A stretch of 64,000 nt of DNA from contig OZ250153.1 in assembly GCA_965237805.1 (NCBI GenBank), positions 704,001 to 768,000 of the forward strand, given 5' to 3'. The notes under the pieces were generated by a model. That model saw nothing but the letters and a program-made list of their open reading frames with translations, searched no databases and was not told where the DNA came from. Positions 1 to 11,106 of the stretch are shown in pieces; the first letter of the stretch is position 1; each line of letters starts with the position of its first letter. A program made the position numbers and the translations under genes. The stretch comes from Gammaproteobacteria bacterium. GTDB taxonomy: Bacteria; Pseudomonadota; Gammaproteobacteria; JABABF01.

Positions 1-401
1 GCCACCTGTGCGGCGGTATCTTCTCCCCAAACACCACCCAAGGACTGGTCGAGCGCGACCACCAGCTGGGTCACCGCCAGCTGGATGCGCGGCAAGCTGT
101 CGTAGAGTGCCCCCAATTGCCCCCAGATCGCTGGCACTAGCACCATCAAGGAGCCATATAACAGGAGTAACAGGCACACGGTGGTCAGGCTCACTGCGAC
201 GCGGTGCGAGCAGCCCAGCAATGACAAGCGGTCGACGAGACCCTGCAATAGGAAAGCGACCACCAAGCTGGCCAGTAGCGGGGTCAGGACACTGCCAGCA
301 AACTCCACCAGCAAGAAGCCCGCCAGCACAAAGAGCACCAGGAAGATGGCTTCCACACCACCAAAGTGGCGGCTGATCCAATCGCGCACAGGAGAAAACA
401 A
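1..401 (-). CDS. AI-2E family transporter (PerM-like), N-terminal part; runs off the window edge
   Basis: Manually translated open minus frame LFSPVRDWISRHFGGVEAIFLVLFVLAGFLLVEFAGSVLTPLLASLVVAFLLQGLVDRL...; hydrophobic; conserved position next to tusA/bepA; TTG start uncertain. Confidence 0.8.
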   Translation of the reverse strand, partial: MFSPVRDWISRHFGGVEAIFLVLFVLAGFLLVEFAGSVLTPLLASLVVAFLLQGLVDRLSLLGCSHRVAVSLTTVCLLLLLYGSLMVLVPAIWGQLGALYDSLPRIQLAVTQLVVALDQSLGGVWGEDTAAQV

Positions 402-405
402 AATG

Positions 406-663
406 CTATCCCGCGCCCTGCGCAGTGTCGACTTTCTGAATCAAAAAGCGGTACTCGCCGCCAGCATATTCGCTTTGCAACAGCAGGCATTCGCCACGCT
501 TGACCACCTGATTGAAATCGCGCTCAGCAGCGGGATCAGTCGCCAACACGCGCAGCTGCTGGCCGGGGCTCATCGCATGCAACGCTTGGCGTAACCGCAA
601 CAGGGGTAGGGGACACTCGAGGCACCGCGCATCCAGTTGCCGGATCTTTGCAATGCTCATCAA
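406..663 (-). CDS. tusA: TusA/SirA family sulfurtransferase
   Basis: LDARCLECPLP (CPxP) and LATDP motifs, 85 aa. Confidence 0.85.
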   Translation of the reverse strand: MMSIAKIRQLDARCLECPLPLLRLRQALHAMSPGQQLRVLATDPAAERDFNQVVKRGECLLLQSEYAGGEYRFLIQKVDTAQGAG

Positions 664-790
664 AATTGGAAATGAACCACCATACTGTTATTATCGCAGC
701 TCCGAGACCATATAGACCACGCCATGGGGGAGACATTCTGTCATGGCTACCCACCGCCCACCGCGCAGCTGCTGGTGAGAAGCAGAGCTT

Positions 791-2257
791 ATGTTAGCAA
801 AAATGACACTGGCTCGAGTCGCCGCGACGATCGCCCTGCTCTGCCCGCTGGCGATGGCTCCATCATCGGCAGTAGAGTTGCCGGATTTGGGTGCATCGAG
901 CTCAGCGGTCTTGGAGGGCGAGCAGATGAAACTGGGTCGCACATGGTTGCGCGCATTCCGCAGCCAAACTGGCTCCACAGAAGATGCGTCAATCGAGCTC
1001 TACTTGGAACGGCTGATGCATCGACTGGCAGCAGGCGGCCCAACCAGAAGCCACCCGCTGGAAGTGTTTTTGGTCTATTCACCGAGCTTAAATGCCTTTG
1101 CCCTACCCGGCGGCATCATTGGCATCCACACCGGATTGCTCCTGTATATGCGCGATGAAGCGGAGCTGGCCTCGGTAATAGCGCACGAGCTGAGCCACCT
1201 CAACCGGCATCATTTTGAACGGCGCCGCGAGGTGCAACAGAGCGAGCAGTTGCCGTTGCTGGCCAGCTTGTTGACTGCTATCGTGCTCATCTCCACTGTC
1301 GACCCGCTGGTCGGCATCGCGGCGCTGAGCGCCGCCAGAGCGGCGGCGCTCGAACGGCGGCTGAGTTACAGCCGAGAACATGAGATTGAGGCCGATCGGG
1401 GCGGCATGAAGCTGTTGTTGGATACGGGTTACGACCCCACCGCCATGTTGCGCGGCATCGAGCGCCTGCAAGAGGCCGCACGCTTCACCCATATCCCCCC
1501 GGAATTCCTGCTCACCCACCCCGTACACGAACACCGCATCGCCGCCCTGCGCGAAGCGGCACGAGAGTATGGCACAGTGGCAACGCCGCCAACACCATCA
1601 CCGTTGCCTTTCGCACTGGCGCGGGCACGGGTCGTGGTCGTACACAGTGAAGACCCAGACAAGACACTCGCCGCTTTCGCGGCCGCCCGGAAGCAGAACC
1701 CCACAGACCAAGCAGCGGTCTACAGCCACGCGCTAGCACTGGCGGCGACCCACAAGCCACAGCAGGCATGGCAGGCCATCGCCACCCTGCTCGAAGCACC
1801 ATCGCCGCCACTCGAGATAGTCGCCACCGCCGCTGAGCTCGCTGCTGAGGCTGGCGAGATGGAGGCGGCATTGGCACTATTACGCCGCCACCGACACCGG
1901 AACCCAGACAATTATCTGCTGGATCTGAGCTACTCCCGCGTGGCACTACGCGCCGGGGATGTGCGCTCAGCGTTACGCGCTGCGCAGCGTCAGACAGTGT
2001 TGCGCCCGCGCAAAATCGCCGCTTGGAAAGCGCTGGCCGCCAGCCACGGTGCCGCTGGAACATTGTCTGGAGTGCACCGCGCACAGGCCGAAGAACAGAT
2101 GCTGGCAGGACAGCTACCCGAGGCGAGAAGGCTGTTGGTGCGCGCCCAACAACTGAGCCGCAGTTACCGAGAAAAGGCCGAATTGCAGCAACGGCTAGCC
2201 GAGCTGGGGGTCTTGGAACGCGAGCAGCAAGCCCTGCTCAATGGGAATGGGCAGTAG
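791..2257 (+). CDS. bepA: M48 family metalloprotease with TPR-like C-terminus (BepA/YfgC)
   Basis: Signal peptide, [13 protein letters not shown] zinc motif, EIEADR, LLTHP. Confidence 0.9.
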   Translation: MLAKMTLARVAATIALLCPLAMAPSSAVELPDLGASSSAVLEGEQMKLGRTWLRAFRSQTGSTEDASIELYLERLMHRLAAGGPTRSHPLEVFLVYSPSLNAFALPGGIIGIHTGLLLYMRDEAELASVIAHELSHLNRHHFERRREVQQSEQLPLLASLLTAIVLISTVDPLVGIAALSAARAAALERRLSYSREHEIEADRGGMKLLLDTGYDPTAMLRGIERLQEAARFTHIPPEFLLTHPVHEHRIAALREAAREYGTVATPPTPSPLPFALARARVVVVHSEDPDKTLAAFAAARKQNPTDQAAVYSHALALAATHKPQQAWQAIATLLEAPSPPLEIVATAAELAAEAGEMEAALALLRRHRHRNPDNYLLDLSYSRVALRAGDVRSALRAAQRQTVLRPRKIAAWKALAASHGAAGTLSGVHRAQAEEQMLAGQLPEARRLLVRAQQLSRSYREKAELQQRLAELGVLEREQQALLNGNGQ

Positions 2258-3362
2258 TGACGGGCCGCGTGCTGGGAGTCTGGGGTCGAGTGGTGGGAGC
2301 GGGAGCATTGGAAAAGTCGAGCATGCGTTGCAGGGGCAGCATGGCAGCGTAGCCCAAGTCATCGGGCACCAGCACCTCGTTGCACCCCCGTTCCAGCGAA
2401 TCGGCCAAATTCTCCAAATGGTTCATCGCCATCCACGGGCAACGCGAGCAACTGCGGCAGGTGGCACCCTCGCCTGCTGTGGGTGCAATCAAGAATTGCC
2501 GATCCGGCGCAGCTTGGCGCAGGCGGTGGAACAATCCTTGGTCAGTGGCCACGATGAAAGTGTGCTGTGGTAGGCGCTGCGCATACTCGACAATCTGTGA
2601 GGTGGAGCCGATGGCATCCGCCAACTCCAGCACCGACAGCGGTGACTCCGGATGCGCCAAGACCGCAGCATCGGGATGCACCGCCTTCAAATCCAAGATG
2701 CCGCGCGCACGGAACTCTTCGTGTACCACGCAGCTGCCTTCCCACAACAGCATATCGGCATCGGTCTGAGAACGGATGTAGCGCCCCAAATGCTGATCTG
2801 GCGCCCACAGCATGGCCTTGCCCTGCGCGTCCAGATGCTCGACGACACTACGGGCGATGCTTGAGGTGACCACCCAGTCCGCCTGTGCCTTCACCGCAGC
2901 CGAGGTGTTGGCATAGACCACCGCGATACGCTCAGGATGAGTATTCCGAAAAGCGGCGAACTCCGCTGCCGAGCAACCGACATCGAGCGAGCAGGTCGCC
3001 TCCAGCGTCGGCATCAACACGCGTTTGGTCGGCGTCAGTATCTTGGCGGTTTCACCCATGAAGCGCACACCGGCCACCACCAGCGTCGAGGCCGGATGGT
3101 CGCGGCCAAAGCGGGCCATCTCCAGTGAGTCGGCGACGCAGCCACCGCTTTCCTCGGCCAGCACCTGTATCTCCGGTGCCGTGTAGTAATGCGCCACCAC
3201 CACGGCGTCCTCAACACGTAACAGGCGCTTGATGCGCCGCCTCAGCACACGCTCTTGATCCGGGTCATGGCGCGGGGGTGCCAACTGATCGGCACGGTCG
3301 AGAAAACTCTGCACGACAGCGCGCTGACCCAACTCCGACGCTGTCTGAGATGCTGTAGACAT
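2238..3362 (-). CDS. nadA: Quinolinate synthase
   Basis: VAHYY, ADSLEMA, TCSL, VYANTSA, CVVH, CPWM motifs. Confidence 0.95.
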   Translation of the reverse strand: MSTASQTASELGQRAVVQSFLDRADQLAPPRHDPDQERVLRRRIKRLLRVEDAVVVAHYYTAPEIQVLAEESGGCVADSLEMARFGRDHPASTLVVAGVRFMGETAKILTPTKRVLMPTLEATCSLDVGCSAAEFAAFRNTHPERIAVVYANTSAAVKAQADWVVTSSIARSVVEHLDAQGKAMLWAPDQHLGRYIRSQTDADMLLWEGSCVVHEEFRARGILDLKAVHPDAAVLAHPESPLSVLELADAIGSTSQIVEYAQRLPQHTFIVATDQGLFHRLRQAAPDRQFLIAPTAGEGATCRSCSRCPWMAMNHLENLADSLERGCNEVLVPDDLGYAAMLPLQRMLDFSNAPAPTTRPQTPSTRPVTTAHSH

Positions 3363-3478
3363 GGCATCTATTGCTGGCGCACACGCCGATAACTATCCTA
3401 AAATCATACCATGATCTGACGCGGGTGGACGAGATCAACCCATGAGGCAGCCCCGACCTAATCCGAGGGGCGACCCTG

Positions 3479-3551
3479 TGGGCCGTGAAGGATTCGAACC
3501 TTCGACCAACTGGTTAAAAGCCAGCTGCTCTACCAACTGAGCTAACGGCCC
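3479..3551 (-). tRNA. tRNA-Lys(TTT); CCA not encoded
   Basis: GGGCCGTTAGCTCAGTTGGTAGAGCAGCTGGCTTTTAACCAG...GTTCGAATCC...CGGCCCA cloverleaf. Confidence 0.95.
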
Positions 3552-3559
3552 GGCGAGCG

Positions 3560-4255
3560 CTATTGTATATCGTGGTTCACCGTTGCCGGATCAGTCAAAC
3601 CAGCAGCGGCAAAGCCCTGTCGGCGCAAGCGACAGCTGTCGCAACGCCCACAGGCAACTCCCATCGCATCGGGCTGGTAGCAGGACACCGTCTGAGCGTA
3701 GTCGACACCCAGCGCTTGACCAACGCGGATGATCTCCGCCTTGCCCAGCTCCATCAGAGGTGCACGCACCTCTGGTGGGTGTCCCTCGACACCGATGCGG
3801 GTGGCCAGCGCCGCCAAGTGCCCAAAAGCCGCCACGAACTCGGGGCGACAGTCCGGGTAGCCAGAATAGTCGACCGCATTGGCACCGATGAACAGCACCC
3901 CAGCCTCCAATACCTCGGCCCAAGCCAAAGCGAGCGCCAGCAACAGCGTGTTGCGCGCCGGCACATAGGTGGAGGGAACACCCTCTGTGGAGCGCTCTGG
4001 CACCGCCATTGCCAAGTCGGTCAGCGCCGAGCCCCCGATGCCGCCCAAATCGACACGCATCACGCGATGCTCGACCGCGCCGAGTGCCTGCGCCACACGC
4101 TTGGCAGCGCACAATTCGATGCCATGGCGCTGACCGTAGTCAACGCTTAGGGCGTGGCAACGATAGCCCTCCGACACGGCCATTGCCAGCACTGTGGCGG
4201 AGTCCAAGCCGCCCGATAACAGCACAACAGCGTGCTCAGCGCCCCGGCTCATCAC
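3560..4255 (-). CDS. queC: 7-cyano-7-deazaguanine synthase
   Basis: SGGLDS, YVPARN, YPDCR, CGRCDSC motifs. Confidence 0.95.
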   Translation of the reverse strand: MMSRGAEHAVVLLSGGLDSATVLAMAVSEGYRCHALSVDYGQRHGIELCAAKRVAQALGAVEHRVMRVDLGGIGGSALTDLAMAVPERSTEGVPSTYVPARNTLLLALALAWAEVLEAGVLFIGANAVDYSGYPDCRPEFVAAFGHLAALATRIGVEGHPPEVRAPLMELGKAEIIRVGQALGVDYAQTVSCYQPDAMGVACGRCDSCRLRRQGFAAAGLTDPATVNHDIQ

Positions 4256-4904
4256 CCCAGATCAACTTGTGCAACTGCAGCTGCATACGCACTGGCAAAC
4301 GATCGCGCAGAATCCAATCGGCCAGCTGTTGCGGCGGCAACTGGTCATGGCTCGGGGAAAACAACAGCGCGCCGACGCGCTGCTCCAAGTGGTGGCGGTG
4401 CAACTGCTCAACCGACCAGAGGTAGTCTCGCTCATCGCAGATGACAAATTTGATCTGATCGCGCAGCGTCAACGCTGACAAGTTGTCCAACAGGTTCTTA
4501 TCCTGCTCGCCAGAGCCCGGGGTTTTGAGATCCATCACCCTCACCACGCGCGCATCCACTGCCGCCACCGGCAGTGCCCCACCCGTCTCCAAGGACACTT
4601 GATAGCCCGCGTCGCACAGGCGACTGAGCAGAGGCAGGCAGGCGGGCTGCGCCAGCGGCTCACCACCGGTCACCGTGACATAGCGGGGGGCGTAGCTAGC
4701 CACCTCCGAGAGCACCTCCGTCAGCGTGCGCTGATCGCCCCCTTGGAAAGCATAGGCGGTATCACAGTAATGGCAACGCAACGGGCAACCGGTCAGGCGC
4801 ACAAAGACGGTCGGCAAACCACTGCTTAGGCTTTCGCCTTGCAGGGAGTAGAAGATCTCGGTGATGCGCAACCCTGCGGTTGCATGTGGCGCTAGCGCAG
4901 ACAA
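4236..4904 (-). CDS. queE: 7-carboxy-7-deazaguanine synthase (radical SAM)
   Basis: [29 protein letters not shown]; start trimmed to a TTG just after the cpoB stop (uncertain). Confidence 0.92.
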   Translation of the reverse strand: MSALAPHATAGLRITEIFYSLQGESLSSGLPTVFVRLTGCPLRCHYCDTAYAFQGGDQRTLTEVLSEVASYAPRYVTVTGGEPLAQPACLPLLSRLCDAGYQVSLETGGALPVAAVDARVVRVMDLKTPGSGEQDKNLLDNLSALTLRDQIKFVICDERDYLWSVEQLHRHHLEQRVGALLFSPSHDQLPPQQLADWILRDRLPVRMQLQLHKLIWGDEPGR

Positions 4905-4908
4905 GGAC

Positions 4909-5649
4909 TCAGAAGTTCTGGCGCAGATAGGAGGTGGCAAGACGGGCGGCAGCCGAGCCGGGAACCCCGCTGTAGCTGCGCACCACGTGCTCCAATAATT
5001 CTCGCGCCCGCTCCCGATTGCCCTGTAGATAGTGGATCTTTCCCTGCTTGAACAGCGCGTCGGGCACGCGTGCGTGACCAGGAAAGTCCTCGACCAAGCG
5101 CTCGAAGTAGGAAAGGGCCAACGAGAGGTCCGTCGGCACGGCCGCCAGCGCCAGATCGCCGAGCCAATAGACCGCGTTGGGGGCATTCTCGCCGCCTGGC
5201 CATTCACTGAGATAGTTTTGGAAAGCCTGACGCGCCTCTGGATAGCGCCCCGCCTTGACTTGACCATAGGCACTCAAGTAAGCGCGACGCTCATCAGCAG
5301 CATTTTGTTCTGCCACCACTGCCGCCTGATCGCTGGCATCAGCGTTATCGCTTTGTCCCTCCAACGCGACCAAGCGCTGCTCTAGTTCGTCATACTGGCG
5401 CACTTGGCGGCGACGCAACACATCCAAGGCCTCACCCTGTTGATCGACTTGGCCACGCAGCTGGCGCAGATCCTCCTGCAAAAAGCGCACATGATCGAAT
5501 AGCTCTTGGATCAACGCTTGGTGCGAGCGCACCGTGTCCGCTACTGCGTTGCCGCGATCAGGCTGTTGCGCTACGACATGAGGGCTCAGGATCGCCAAGC
5601 ACAGCGGGACGCACAACGGCCAACAACGCCGAGTGGCGCGCCGCAACAC
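4909..5649 (-). CDS. cpoB: Tol-Pal system protein YbgF/CpoB (coiled coil + TPR)
   Basis: Signal peptide, LRQLRGQV coiled coil, NAVYWLG and PDALFK TPR motifs; follows pal; start uncertain. Confidence 0.85.
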   Translation of the reverse strand: MLRRATRRCWPLCVPLCLAILSPHVVAQQPDRGNAVADTVRSHQALIQELFDHVRFLQEDLRQLRGQVDQQGEALDVLRRRQVRQYDELEQRLVALEGQSDNADASDQAAVVAEQNAADERRAYLSAYGQVKAGRYPEARQAFQNYLSEWPGGENAPNAVYWLGDLALAAVPTDLSLALSYFERLVEDFPGHARVPDALFKQGKIHYLQGNRERARELLEHVVRSYSGVPGSAAARLATSYLRQNF

Positions 5650-5665
5650 CCCATCCCGATCGCCG

Positions 5666-6271
5666 CTATTTTGTGCCGCCACTACCGTCCAAAACGATGA
5701 TCTGCACACGACGGTTGCGAGCCCATGCCCGCTCGTTGCTACCGAGCTCAGCCGGAGCCTCTTCGCCTAGCGAGACAGGATCCAAGCGCGTTCGGGGTAC
5801 CCCGCGCAACACGAGGTGCTGTGCCACAAATTCAGCGCGCAGCTGGGCAAGAGCCAAATTATATTCTCGGGTGCCGCGCTCATCGGTGTGACCCTCCATG
5901 CGCAACCGTGCGCCCGAAGACTTGGCATACTGGACATAGGGTTCCAGCATGCGGCGCGCCTGCGCACTCAGTTCGATGCTGTCGAAGCGGAAATACACCA
6001 CATCGTCAGTGGGTGCCCCAGGCACAGATATAGCCGGCTGCGATCGCTGCTGCACTGGCTCGGCAGGGGTGACGCGCGCTTGCTTTAGCGCCTCCTGCTG
6101 GGATGGTACAGGCGCAGGCTGCGGCTTGCTCGCCTCTACCCGCTCTCGCACCATGGGTACCGCCGAGTCGGGCGACACCGGAGCGCAAGCCACCGATGCC
6201 CCCATCGGCAATAAAACACAGGCCAAGTAGACCCAACGTTTGCATTGCATTGTTTTGTTAGCTGCCATCAT
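5666..6271 (-). CDS. pal: Peptidoglycan-associated lipoprotein (OmpA-C domain)
   Basis: VYFRFDS, EGHTDERGTREYNLAL, WARNRRV; operon position. Confidence 0.88.
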   Translation of the reverse strand: MMAANKTMQCKRWVYLACVLLPMGASVACAPVSPDSAVPMVRERVEASKPQPAPVPSQQEALKQARVTPAEPVQQRSQPAISVPGAPTDDVVYFRFDSIELSAQARRMLEPYVQYAKSSGARLRMEGHTDERGTREYNLALAQLRAEFVAQHLVLRGVPRTRLDPVSLGEEAPAELGSNERAWARNRRVQIIVLDGSGGTK

Positions 6272-7622
6272 TTATTATCCCCCTGTTGCCATGTCCCAGT
6301 ATACGGAGACCATGCGGGTTCACTGACTTCCCCGACGCGAGCAGGTAGCCGTGCGCGGAAATCATTGTCCAAAGCAGCGATGGCAAGCACTCGTCGTCCT
6401 TGATATCGCGTTGCATAGGTTAGCATAATCCCGTTGGGTGCCACCGTTGGCGACTCGTCTAGCGCATCTGCCGTGAGGATGCGCAGTTGCCGTTTGCCAA
6501 AGCGGTGGAGGGCTATATTGTACTTGCCACGATTCCCAGCCGCACCTTGACTATGCACAGCGATGAAGCCCGTGCCGTCTGGCAAGGACACCGCACCAGC
6601 ATTGTAGTCGCCGGTAAAGGTGATCCGCTCCGGCTTGCCACCATCCAAACCCATGCGGTAGATCTGCGGACTGCCACCACGATCTGAGGTAAACAACAGC
6701 GAGCGGCCGTCCGGCAACCACTCCGGCTCGGTATCAGCTGCAAAATGCTTGGTCAGGCGGCGCAATTTTCCCCCCCCTTGCGCAAGGCCAGCAGATAAAT
6801 GTCGATATTGCCACCACGTGCAATCGTCACCGCCAAGCGGTTACCGTCCGGGGAAAAGGCAGGGGCACTGCTGTACTCGCCTTCGGCTAGCAACAGCTGC
6901 GGTGCTCCACTCGCCAGCTGTTGGTGGTAGATCGCCGCACGCCCCCGCTCAAAGGACACATAGGCCAGCGACTGGCCATCGGGGGCCCAAGCTGGCGACA
7001 ACAAAGGCGTGTTGCGCTCATACAGCACCCGCCCTCTAGCCCCATCGGAATCGGCCACAACCAAGCGATAGCGAGCGATGCCGCCGCGCTCGACGCGTGA
7101 GATGTAGGCCATGCGGGAGGAGAACACGCCACGCTTCTTGACCAAATGCTGATAGAGCCGATTGCTCAGCTGGTGCGCTAGGTCGCGCAGCTGCCCGGAG
7201 TCGCCGTGCTCCACCCATGATTCCAACAGCTGACGACCGTGCACATCGTGCAACTCCATGCGCAGCTGCAGGCCAGTGGGCTGCTCAGCCGGGCTGACAG
7301 TACCGACGACCAGATAATCAACCTGCAGCTGCTGCCACTCTCGGAAGAAGACCTGTTGGCCAGCACCGGGCGTACTCAGCATCTGCGATCTCGGCAGTGT
7401 GGAAAAGCGCCCGGTGCGCCACAAATCGGAGCCGATGATGTCGGCGATGATGCCCTGCGCATGTCCCGGCAGCTCCCAAGTGAAAGGCACCACCGCCAAC
7501 GGCGTCGGCTTGCCACCACCACGAGTGATCTCGATCAGCAGTTCCGCCGAACTCTGCGGCACCGGCAGAAACACGGCCAACACCGCCACCAGTAGCGCTG
7601 CGCGGGAGCTGAGCCCTCTCAT
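6268..7622 (-). pseudogene. tolB: TolB split by a frameshift at a G8 run (6770-6777); either a real lesion or a sequencing error
   Basis: ORF 6753-7622 (PLAVVPF, SPAWAPDG, YVSFE) and ORF 6268-6765 (DTEPEW, FTSDRGGSPQIY, EPAWSP) are the two halves of one TolB. Confidence 0.85.
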
Positions 7623-8389
7623 CGCACCCGCTCCACCTGCGGTCGAAACAATAGCCGGAAACGACGGAAATATTGCTCAAACAGTGGTCGTGGCAGCTGC
7701 TGCAACAGTGCAAAGTTGCCGACACGGCGCACTGCGGCTCGCGCCGACGCGTCGAAGACCGCATCGCCACTGCTTCGGGTCACACTGACGGCGAGGACTT
7801 CGCCCGCGGGCGACAGGCGGATCAACAGCTCCAGCTCTATGCCAACAGCAACGCTCGGTGGGGGACGCCAGCTGCGCTCTATTGTGAGGGCGATGGCATC
7901 GCGGTAGGCGACGACTTCGGCCAGTTTGCCACTGGCACCGCCACCGAACTGCTTGCCATGCCGCTGCTGGCGCTCCTCGGCCAACAGCGCCTCGCGTAGC
8001 AAATCATTGCGGTAGCGAGGTGGCATGGACACCGCGGCCGCCGCGGCCGCTTCCTCCAGCGAAGGCGTGGTAGCGGGCGGGAGATCGCCCGGCGTGGTGC
8101 CGAGTTCCGGCAGGCTGGGAAGCGTTGGCAACGCCGCAAGTGGTGCCACCTCGGGCGACGGCACCGACAGGTTCGGGGCGGTGCCAGAGGTGGCGCTCGC
8201 ACCCACGCTGTCCGCTGTCTGTGGCAACAGTGGCAGGAGGCGGGCACTCAGCGGCAACGTGTCGCTGGGGCGCTGATCGTGCCAGAGCGACTGCCCCGAC
8301 CACGCCAGCGTAGCAAAGTAGATGATGACAAGATGCAGTGACAGCGATGTCACCAACGGCATAAAGGCATCCCGCAACCACAGCGCCAT
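7619..8389 (-). CDS. tolA: TolA-like protein (N-terminal TM, Pro/Ala linker, TonB-C-like domain)
   Basis: SLSLH TM motif, SSGDAVFDASARAAV; lies between tolR and tolB. Confidence 0.8.
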   Translation of the reverse strand: MALWLRDAFMPLVTSLSLHLVIIYFATLAWSGQSLWHDQRPSDTLPLSARLLPLLPQTADSVGASATSGTAPNLSVPSPEVAPLAALPTLPSLPELGTTPGDLPPATTPSLEEAAAAAAVSMPPRYRNDLLREALLAEERQQRHGKQFGGGASGKLAEVVAYRDAIALTIERSWRPPPSVAVGIELELLIRLSPAGEVLAVSVTRSSGDAVFDASARAAVRRVGNFALLQQLPRPLFEQYFRRFRLLFRPQVERVR

Positions 8390-8398
8390 CGTGCGTCC

Positions 8399-8815
8399 TC
8401 AGCGATCCACCGGCGGATCGGTCACCAGCCCGACATCTTCAACTCCCGCCGTGCGCAAGGCCCCCATCAACTCCATCACCGCGCCGTAGGGCACCGCGAC
8501 ATCGCCGCGCACCAAAACCGGCAAGCTGGGGTTGCGCTCAAGCAGGATGGCGACCCGCCGCCCCAACTCCTCCAGCTCAGTCTCGGTGCCACCAGAGGCC
8601 CCCAAATCAAGCCGGTAGGAGCCATCCGCCAACACCCAGATCTGCAAGGGTTCGCGTTGGGCAAGCTCCAAGCGATCTGACTCGAGCTCCGGCAAGTCCA
8701 CAGCGATGCCCTGGGTGAGCAGTGGGGCGGCGATCATAAAAATCACCAGCAACACCAAGCTGACATCAATATAGGGAACGACATTGATTTCCGCCATCGG
8801 ACGGCGACGAATCAC
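8399..8815 (-). CDS. tolR: TolR
   Basis: EINVVPYIDVSLVLLVIFM, VRGD..VPYG. Confidence 0.92.
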   Translation of the reverse strand: MIRRRPMAEINVVPYIDVSLVLLVIFMIAAPLLTQGIAVDLPELESDRLELAQREPLQIWVLADGSYRLDLGASGGTETELEELGRRVAILLERNPSLPVLVRGDVAVPYGAVMELMGALRTAGVEDVGLVTDPPVDR

Positions 8816-9570
8816 CGCTCCTGATCCTCTGCACTCGGTCGCGCCATCCCAGCTGCACTAGCCTCCCTGTCGGCAGTGGGCACGGCACTGTCATGTTGCG
8901 GTAGGACACCATGCAGACGGCGGTTGAGCAGGGAGGCAAATTCATCGCAGAAGGTGGAAAAATCCCGCGACAGCCGCTCTAAAAAGATGGCGTAGCGGTT
9001 GTAGGCGATCACCGCTGGAATCGCGGCGAACAAGCCCATGGCCGTTGCGATCAAGGCCTCGGCGATGCCGGGGGCCACCACGGCCAGTGAAGCCTGCTCG
9101 ACACCAGCCAAACCGCGAAAGGCATTCATGATGCCCCACACGGTGCCAAACAAACCGATATAGGGTGCCGTCGAGCCAACGGTGGCCAAGAACCCCAAAT
9201 GGGTATCCAAGCGATCTTCTTCGCGCACCCGCGCGATGCGCATCACCCGACTCACCCCCTCAAGTAGCGCTTCGTTGTCGCTGGTGACAGCGCTGGACAA
9301 CTGAGAGAATTCGCCAAAGCCAGCACGAAAAATAGCCTCCAGCCCGATCGAATGCGGTGGACAGTCCTGATACAACTTGCCCAAATCGATGCCTGACCAG
9401 AAATCATCCTCGAAATGGTGCGCCCCGAGGTTGATGGCACGGAACAATCTATGGCGCTGGAAAATGACCACCCACGAAGTGCAGGAGGCCAAAATCAAGA
9501 TTAGCATGACAGCCTGCACTGGCACAGTGGCATTGGCCACCAAATTCCAAAGAGACAGCTGCTCGCTCAT
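8812..9570 (-). CDS. tolQ: TolQ
   Basis: FEDDFWSG, PYIGLFGTVWGIM, VAPGIAEALIATA. Confidence 0.93.
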   Translation of the reverse strand: MSEQLSLWNLVANATVPVQAVMLILILASCTSWVVIFQRHRLFRAINLGAHHFEDDFWSGIDLGKLYQDCPPHSIGLEAIFRAGFGEFSQLSSAVTSDNEALLEGVSRVMRIARVREEDRLDTHLGFLATVGSTAPYIGLFGTVWGIMNAFRGLAGVEQASLAVVAPGIAEALIATAMGLFAAIPAVIAYNRYAIFLERLSRDFSTFCDEFASLLNRRLHGVLPQHDSAVPTADREASAAGMARPSAEDQER

Positions 9571-9638
9571 AGAAAACCCCATAACTGCGCTATAGAACAC
9601 ACTATCACTATAACTGAGTGCCGAGCCAACTGTCGCCC

Positions 9639-10034
9639 TCAACCCGTGGCGGACGCTCCCTGCCACGCAGAAATCGCGTCTCGCCAGGCCTCCGGCAGGC
9701 GACAAACCCGTAGCTGGCGATCCACCGAAGCCAATTCTACCCGCCCATCACAGAGCAACTCATCGCCGCGCAAAATGCCCTGCCACAGCGAGCTACGTGC
9801 CCCGCTCAGCTCCTCAAGGCAGAGACGAATTCGCAGCGAATCAGCCAATCGAGCAGGACGGCGGTAGCACAGCTGCAGCGGGCTCACCACGAAGGAGGAG
9901 GCGCTGGCACCGGACGCGAGCTGGCGCAACCCTTCGCTACGCGCACGCTCCATAAAGCGCAGCTAGCTGGCGTGATAGACGGCACCGCCAGCAGCGGTGT
10001 CCTCGAGCTAGACCCGCACAGCAATATGTAGCAA
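9639..10034 (-). pseudogene. ybgC: YbgC acyl-CoA thioesterase with two in-frame TAG codons (10008-10010, 9963-9965)
   Basis: Manual translation LLHIAVRV*LEDTAAGGAVYHAS*LRFMERARSE matches YbgC RVYYEDTDAGGVVYHASY..FMERAR; lies between ruvB and tolQ. Confidence 0.85.
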
Positions 10035-10044
10035 TCGCCGCCGC

Positions 10045-11106
10045 TCACGAATCCCCCGCCAAGCCCAGATCAGTTTGCCGACCGCTAGCGGTCGGCGGCG
10101 GCTCGAGGCCCAGCAAGCGATAGGCGCGCGCCGCGGCGACGCGGCCGCGGGCGGTGCGCGCCAAAAATCCCTGCTGCATCAGGTAGGGCTCGACCACTTC
10201 CTCTAAGGTGTCGCGCTCCTCGCCCAACATCACCGCCAAACTCTCGACGCCGACCGGACCGCCACCGTAGTGGCCGATCAAGGCTTTCAACAAGCGCCGG
10301 TCGAGGCTATCCAAACCGTCACGATTCACTTTCAGCATATCCAGTGCCCGCACGGCAATGTCGGTGTCGATACGTCCCTCGCCCTCGACTTCGGCATAAT
10401 CGCGCACACGGCGTAGCAGCCGGTTGGCAATGCGCGGCGTGCCACGCGCCCGCGTGGCGATCTCCGTCAAGCCCTCAGCGAGGGCGTCTACTCCACACAG
10501 GCGTGCGGAGCGCTCGAGGATGATGGCCAAATCGTCGACGGCATAGAACTCGAGTCGTTGGGAGATGCCAAAGCGATCACGCAACGGGGCGCCGAGCCGA
10601 CCGGCTCGGGTGGTGGCACCGACCAAGGTGAAAGGTGGCAGCTCGAGCTTGACTGAGCGCGCCGCTGGCCCCTCACCGATCACGATATCCAGCTGCCTAT
10701 CTTCCATGGCCGGATAGAGAATTTCCTCGATCTGTGGCCGCAGGCGATGGATCTCGTCGATGAATAGCACATCGCCCGCCGCCAGATTGGTCAGGATCGC
10801 CGCCAAATCACCTGCTCGTTCCAACACTGGCCCGGAAGTTGTCCGGATCTGCGCACCCATTTCATGGGCGATGATGTAGCCCAAAGTCGTCTTACCCAAG
10901 CCGGGGGGGCCAAACAACAGCGTATGATCCAACGGCTCACCACGCTGCTGCGCCGCCTGCAAGAAAATCTCCAGCTGGCGGCGCAACACTGGCTGCCCGA
11001 TGTAATCGTCCAAACGGTACGGTCGCAGCTGCTGGTCAAAAGCCCGCCCTTCAGGCTCTGGCAATGGCGAGACGAGGCGCTCATCGCCCGCTGGCTGCTC
11101 TGCCAT
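10045..11106 (-). CDS. ruvB: Holliday junction helicase RuvB
   Basis: [30 protein letters not shown]. Confidence 0.97.
   Translation of the reverse strand: MAEQPAGDERLVSPLPEPEGRAFDQQLRPYRLDDYIGQPVLRRQLEIFLQAAQQRGEPLDHTLLFGPPGLGKTTLGYIIAHEMGAQIRTTSGPVLERAGDLAAILTNLAAGDVLFIDEIHRLRPQIEEILYPAMEDRQLDIVIGEGPAARSVKLELPPFTLVGATTRAGRLGAPLRDRFGISQRLEFYAVDDLAIILERSARLCGVDALAEGLTEIATRARGTPRIANRLLRRVRDYAEVEGEGRIDTDIAVRALDMLKVNRDGLDSLDRRLLKALIGHYGGGPVGVESLAVMLGEERDTLEEVVEPYLMQQGFLARTARGRVAAARAYRLLGLEPPPTASGRQTDLGLAGDS

Noticed and set aside
3363-3478. Integrated element at tRNA-Lys (a known ICE hotspot in Pseudomonas)
   Set aside because: Only about 115 bp separate the tRNA from nadA; no integrase or att duplication; the site is empty
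3560-4904. queC/queE as part of a 7-deazaguanine DNA-modification (dpd) defence system
   Set aside because: They sit in the standard housekeeping position after pal-cpoB with no dpdA/tgt-like neighbours
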